Positions 59,607 to 64,000 of a DNA stretch of 64,000 nt are shown in pieces. Position numbers and translations under genes: made by a program. The notes beneath the pieces were generated by a model. It was not told the DNA's origin. It did not search any database and worked only from the letters and a program-made list of their open reading frames with translations. The stretch is from an uncultured Bdellovibrio sp. (lineage in GTDB: Bacteria > Bdellovibrionota > Bdellovibrionia > Bdellovibrionales > Bdellovibrionaceae): NCBI GenBank assembly GCA_963932905.1, contig CAWVRN010000005.1, positions 1 to 64,000 of the forward strand. The letters run 5' to 3'. Positions within the stretch are counted from its first letter, which is position 1; every line of letters starts with the position of its first letter.

Positions 59607-60376
59607 TTTTCAACGTAGCGAAGAAACTGACCATTACTCAAGAAGAACATATCGACAAGTTCAGCGGGTTTCGTATAATTCAAAATTGAATTTTTAGAAC
59701 TGGGAGGATTTTCTTCTAGCTGTTTTATCTTTAGTTTTGTTAGTTCCCAAGATCCAGGCGAGGTGGGAAGATATTTTTCAAGCTCAACAGCAGCCCCTTG
59801 AAAAAGGTCGCTTTGTGCCATCTGGTAGGCATCGTGAATCACTGTCAGAGTATTAAAGTATTCAACTAAAAGTTTTCCTAGCAGCGGTCCCGATAACTTG
59901 TATCCAGTTTCTTTTAGTTTGGCGTGAATTTCTGGATAACGTGATTGCACTGCCGAGTACGGTGTCGCCACAGTTGTTTTGATCGTTAAGGTTGGAGAAA
60001 GAGCCACATCCTGGATATCTAAGCCCGAGCATACAAAACCATTTAAATTTCTATAATTTTCATTTCTATCTTTTTGCGTTAGCCACAAAAAATGAAATGT
60101 CGATTTGATATTACATTTAACTTTGCAGAAGTAGTAGGATTCTTCGGATGTGTTTGAAAGCGTAGCTAGGTAATCGGCTCCAATTTCAGAGATCGTTTTT
60201 TTATTGGCGCTTTCTCTTTTTAGATCTGACAGATATACCTTCGAATCCACGACCGTGTGGCATTCGCCTTCGGTTAGGGTCGGCTCGATTAAGCGTTTAG
60301 TGTCCAAAACCTGTGCCTTCGAAGCGAGTGAAACAAGCATCGATGAAATGGAAATAAGGTAGTATACAGTTTTCAT
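59603..60376 (-). CDS. Hypothetical exported protein
   Basis: Signal peptide MKTVYYLISISSMLVSLASKA; four Cys in the N-terminal half. Confidence 0.7.
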   Translation of the reverse strand: MKTVYYLISISSMLVSLASKAQVLDTKRLIEPTLTEGECHTVVDSKVYLSDLKRESANKKTISEIGADYLATLSNTSEESYYFCKVKCNIKSTFHFLWLTQKDRNENYRNLNGFVCSGLDIQDVALSPTLTIKTTVATPYSAVQSRYPEIHAKLKETGYKLSGPLLGKLLVEYFNTLTVIHDAYQMAQSDLFQGAAVELEKYLPTSPGSWELTKLKIKQLEENPPSSKNSILNYTKPAELVDMFFLSNGQFLRYVEN

Positions 60377-60481
60377 TGATCCCTTATAACCTAAAACTAA
60401 CACCGTTATAATGTCATCGGGGCGACAGGTGGAATTTACAATTCAGGTGACTGGTTGGGGTCTGAATTCATCTATATCCAG

Positions 60482-61246
60482 TTAGGATTTAATAATCTTA
60501 ACGAATTCGGCGATAACTTGGATTTCGTCATCGGACGCTCCCATTAAAATTATAGGCGAAAACTTTGGATTTTCTGATACCAAATGAATAATTGACACAT
60601 CGTCATCCTCGGACAATCTGGCTGGTGTTTGTCGAACATACTTTTTAAGGACATAGGATTCACCCGTTTCTGAATTTTTTAATCCACGGGCCTGAATTAA
60701 AAAAATATGCCCTTGTCGGCTACCTCCGGTGTAACGTTTAAATAGGCAAAGATCTCCGTCATTTATTTTTGGTTGCATCGATTCACCTCGTACAAACGCG
60801 GCAAAGTAATCATCATTATCTGCCTTAAGTGATGCATCCACCCATCCTATAGGTACTACGTCGTCGGCCGGATTGGGGCTGCTAAAATGTCCTGCCGCTA
60901 CTTTTAATGGATAAAGAGGAACATGGCGCGAGGGGCGTTTTACACCTTCCTCATAAGGTATAATGCGCGGGTCCTTATAAATAGAATGCTCCGGATTGTC
61001 TTTCATAAAAGCGAAAAGGTCGACAAGAGAACATCCAAGGACTTCGGCATAGCGAAGTAGAACTAATACCTGCGAATCACTTAGGCCGCGCTCTAAACGA
61101 TCGATAGTTCCCGGCGATAACTTATCGCTTTCCTTTGCCATCCGGTCAATGGAGAGTCCCTTTTGTTTGCGAAGTTGACGACAATACCGCCCTAAAGACT
61201 TTAGAAATAGATCATTCTTGTATCGATTTGTTTTTGGTTTCCCCAT
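60482..61246 (-). CDS. XRE HTH plus S24 peptidase (CI/LexA-like repressor)
   Basis: N-terminal HTH (RQLRKQKGLSID...IDRLERG), KVAAG cleavage site, VRGESMQP (Ser), VLKKY (Lys) and LVSENP. Confidence 0.9.
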   Translation of the reverse strand: MGKPKTNRYKNDLFLKSLGRYCRQLRKQKGLSIDRMAKESDKLSPGTIDRLERGLSDSQVLVLLRYAEVLGCSLVDLFAFMKDNPEHSIYKDPRIIPYEEGVKRPSRHVPLYPLKVAAGHFSSPNPADDVVPIGWVDASLKADNDDYFAAFVRGESMQPKINDGDLCLFKRYTGGSRQGHIFLIQARGLKNSETGESYVLKKYVRQTPARLSEDDDVSIIHLVSENPKFSPIILMGASDDEIQVIAEFVKIIKS

Positions 61247-61272
61247 AGCTCAGCGTAAACTATTTCTCGTTG

Positions 61273-61300
61273 ACTTTTATACCTTATAAGGTATAAAAGT
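61273..61300. promoter_or_regulatory. Perfect 28-bp palindrome, probable operator overlapping a sigma70-like promoter
   Basis: ACTTTTATACCTTATAAGGTATAAAAGT is self-complementary and overlaps TTGACT-N16-TATAAA between two divergent HTH genes. Confidence 0.7.
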
Positions 61301-61402
61301 GCGGGTGTTTTAGGAATTCACGGGGTAACCCCATTTTTTCCGCAATATTGGAAATCCGTCTCGGATGTTGGAATGGCCTCAACAGGAGAGTAAGGAAGTA
61401 AG

Positions 61403-61714
61403 ATGATTGGTTTAATTATGGATGTTGAACTGAAAATTAAAGATATTTTAAAAGAATTAATGAAAAAACAAGGGGAAACATTGCTGTCTGTTTCTCAGGG
61501 TACCGGAGTCCCCAAATCGACTATCGCTGATTGGATGACCAATCGTACTCCAAATCCAATTCAAGCGGCCAAGATTGCAAAATACTTCGGTGTCAGTTTA
61601 CATTTCCTACTTTTTGGATGTGAAGATCCTCAAGACTCAGAAAAAAAAATATCTTTTGGAAGTATTTTCGACGGCCGCTTTGAAATTGACATCCGGCGAA
61701 TCAAACAAAAATGA
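61403..61714 (+). CDS. XRE-family HTH regulator
   Basis: LKELMKKQGETLLSVSQGTGVPKSTIADW...P...KIAKYFGVSLHFLLFG. Confidence 0.88.
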   Translation: MIGLIMDVELKIKDILKELMKKQGETLLSVSQGTGVPKSTIADWMTNRTPNPIQAAKIAKYFGVSLHFLLFGCEDPQDSEKKISFGSIFDGRFEIDIRRIKQK

Positions 61715-61731
61715 ACAAAGGGGAGGGAGGC

Positions 61732-62094
61732 ATGACCGCCAAAATCTTAGTTGTGGACGATGACCCAGGTGTCGTGGAGTTGCTTGCGGAGAATTTTGAA
61801 AATTGTTTTGCAGGGGTTGAGCTAATAACGGCGTCCTCGGGATACAATGCTATTAAAATTCTGCAAAATAACCGCAATATTGAAATTGTCATTTCTGACT
61901 ATAATATGCCCGACGGAACCGGGTTGGATTTACTTAATTACCTTGTCCAATCTAAACATGCCATTTTCGTCATTGTTCACACGTCAGACTTGAACCCGAT
62001 CTTACCTGATCAAATTGGAGAATTTTTTTTGGGAGTTGTGCCGAAACTGGATTTCGATAAGTTAAATATGATCTTGGCCAAATTATTTATATAA
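61732..62094 (+). CDS. Single-domain response regulator
   Basis: ILVVDDD, VISDYNMPDGTG and VPK; SD GGAGGG before ATG 61732. Confidence 0.88.
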   Translation: MTAKILVVDDDPGVVELLAENFENCFAGVELITASSGYNAIKILQNNRNIEIVISDYNMPDGTGLDLLNYLVQSKHAIFVIVHTSDLNPILPDQIGEFFLGVVPKLDFDKLNMILAKLFI

Positions 62095-62113
62095 AAATGA
62101 ATGTGCGTTGCGT

Positions 62114-63505
62114 TTACAGCAGCAATCCACTTAAGAAAAAACTAGCAACCGTGAAATAGATGACCAGTCCGGTGACGTCTACCAATGTGGCGACGCCCGG
62201 TGCGGAAGCCGTCGCGGGGTCCAAGTCCAATTTTTTAAGTAAGAATGGCAACATGGAGCCACACACGGTTCCCCAGAGCACAACCCCTAAAATGCTGCAC
62301 GCGACAGTGATAGCGACGTACAAATAGTGAGGGCCATATTGGCTTTCTTTATTGGGCCAAAGCATAATTCGAATTATTCCCATGGTTCCAAGAAATGTTC
62401 CTAAAGCTAAACCGCAAAGAAGTTCGCGGCTCAATACACGCCACCAGTCGCGCATACGAACTTCACCCAACGCCATGGCGCGGATGATCAGCGTAGACGC
62501 TTGGGACCCTGAATTACCACCGCTGGAGATGATCAAGGGAATAAACAACGCAAGTACGACTGCGCGTTCAATTTCCGATTGAAAAAAACCCATAGCCGAG
62601 GCTGTGAACATTTCGCCGATGAATAAGATACCTAACCACCCAGCGCGTTTTCTGATCAACTCAAATAAGGAAATTTTTAAATAGGGAGCATCCAAGGTTT
62701 CAACGGCACCTAACTTTTGAATATCTTCGGTGGCCTCTTCTTGGATCGCTGAATTCACGTCATCGAAGGTAACGATACCTTGCATTTGGCCGTCATCATT
62801 AATAACGGGCAGGGCCATTAAATTTTGTTGAGAAAAGATACGGCCGATTTGTTCCTGATCCAGATTGACCGGGATTTTGATGACGTCGGCTTTCATAATA
62901 TCGCGAACCATCTTGGTGGGATTGGCGGCGAATAATTCACGAAATGAAACCACACCAAGTAATACTTGGTTATTATCCAGTACGTATGCGTAGTATATCG
63001 TTTCGACTTGGGTTTTTGCTTGAATACGTAAATAGCTGATAGCTTCGTCAACGGTCATTTCGGGGCGCAAGCGCGCGTAGCGGGAGCTCATCAAGCCCCC
63101 GGCGTTGTCTTCGGCATAAGCTAAAAGCGCGGTGACTTCCCGGCGGGTTTGTGGATCTAATAAATTTAAAATTTCATCACGGCTATCTAAACCCAGTTCT
63201 TGAATAACGTCAGCTACGTCATCGGGAGCAAGCAATCGTACCCATGAACGTTTTTCTAAAGCGGCAAATTCAGAGATCAACTCAGCTTGGTCGTGAACCG
63301 TTAGACTTAAAAATAAATCTTCGGCTTCAGTACGTGGAAGAGCAGCGAATTTTTGGCGGCGTTCTCCAATGGGAAGCGCGGCCCATGAAGAGGCAAGGTT
63401 AATAATCTCGTTCTCAGGAACTTCTTCTAGCGTATGAATATTTTCTTCGCTATTTTCAGGTGCTTCGCTGTTGTTATTAATTTCCTGATTTTGATTATCT
63501 TCCAT
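62114..63505 (-). CDS. mgtE: Magnesium transporter MgtE
   Basis: AGGLM, CBS pair, FIPLIISSGGNSGSQ and DPATASAP..ATLVDVTG. Confidence 0.95.
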   Translation of the reverse strand: MEDNQNQEINNNSEAPENSEENIHTLEEVPENEIINLASSWAALPIGERRQKFAALPRTEAEDLFLSLTVHDQAELISEFAALEKRSWVRLLAPDDVADVIQELGLDSRDEILNLLDPQTRREVTALLAYAEDNAGGLMSSRYARLRPEMTVDEAISYLRIQAKTQVETIYYAYVLDNNQVLLGVVSFRELFAANPTKMVRDIMKADVIKIPVNLDQEQIGRIFSQQNLMALPVINDDGQMQGIVTFDDVNSAIQEEATEDIQKLGAVETLDAPYLKISLFELIRKRAGWLGILFIGEMFTASAMGFFQSEIERAVVLALFIPLIISSGGNSGSQASTLIIRAMALGEVRMRDWWRVLSRELLCGLALGTFLGTMGIIRIMLWPNKESQYGPHYLYVAITVACSILGVVLWGTVCGSMLPFLLKKLDLDPATASAPGVATLVDVTGLVIYFTVASFFLSGLLL

Positions 63506-63591
63506 TGATACTTCTTTCGGTATTCCAACGCGAGAGCTTGAGATTTTTTTAATTTTAATAACAGATACTTAGGGGGTCCTACAAGCAGGAA

Positions 63592-64000
63592 TTAAGAGGG
63601 GCTTGCCTCTTCGAATTTTTTAAATTCTTCAATGATCTGTAGGGCTGGACCAACCTTGCGGATTTCGCCTTTATCAAGCCATACGATACGGTCACACTTT
63701 TCCAGGGTCGAAAGACGATGGGCGATGATGATCACAGTTCGATCGCTAAAAAACTCTTCGGTCGCGCGTACCATGAGTTCTTCTGAGTGCGGATCGACAG
63801 AACTGGTGGCTTCATCCAATATGATGATGGGCGCTTGTTGTAGTAGGGTCCTAGCTAAACATAATAATTGTTTTTCGCCGACAGATAAGTTTTTACCACG
63901 TTCTTCGATTCGAGAGTCTAACATGTAGACTTCTTGAGCTGATGCCGCGTAACCCACTTGCACTAAGGTCTGCATGAGTTCACTTTCATTGAGTTGCTTT
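63592..64000 (-). CDS. ABC transporter ATP-binding protein, C-terminal part (truncated by the window edge)
   Basis: NLSVGEKQLLCLAR, ILDEATSSVD and IAHRLST. Confidence 0.9.
   Translation of the reverse strand, partial: KQLNESELMQTLVQVGYAASAQEVYMLDSRIEERGKNLSVGEKQLLCLARTLLQQAPIIILDEATSSVDPHSEELMVRATEEFFSDRTVIIIAHRLSTLEKCDRIVWLDKGEIRKVGPALQIIEEFKKFEEASPS

Noticed and set aside
21342..63532. Additional sigma28-like elements upstream of the L,D-transpeptidase, fecR, the 60376 gene and mgtE
   Set aside because: Spacing is off by 1-2 nt or the -35 is degenerate; not distinguishable from chance.
1290..63928. Numerous 60-140 aa antisense or alternate-frame ORFs inside well-supported genes
   Set aside because: Shadow ORFs with no motifs or translation signals.

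Overview
Mostly core chromosome of a Bdellovibrionota-like predatory bacterium. The taxon is inferred from a RomR-type regulator, a deltaproteobacterial-type pilin-like protein and many secreted hypothetical proteins. Bases 1-2.7 kb are the right end of an element integrated at the 3' end of tRNA-Arg(TCT), and its large serine recombinase ORF reads through the tRNA antisense. Housekeeping genes include serA, birA, nadC, lptG, def, fmt, rpe, hutH, hutU, lgt, lysS, hisS, greB, exbD-exbB-tonB with a TonB-dependent receptor, moxR-DUF58-transglutaminase, iscA, iscS, nrdJ and mgtE. The most notable observations are: (1) an 872-aa secreted protein with two uracil-DNA-glycosylase-like repeats behind a sigma28-type promoter; (2) a C-terminal NQCxxFY motif shared by two unrelated secreted proteins; (3) an operon of a FecR-domain protein, an FN3 beta-barrel protein and an adenylate cyclase with no ECF sigma factor; (4) a RAYT transposase with three 35-bp REPs, each supplying the TAG stop of a neighbouring gene; (5) a 238-bp nested palindrome; (6) an orphan CI-like switch with a perfect 28-bp palindrome; (7) several apparently leaderless genes. 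All calls were made by eye from motifs; no searches were run.
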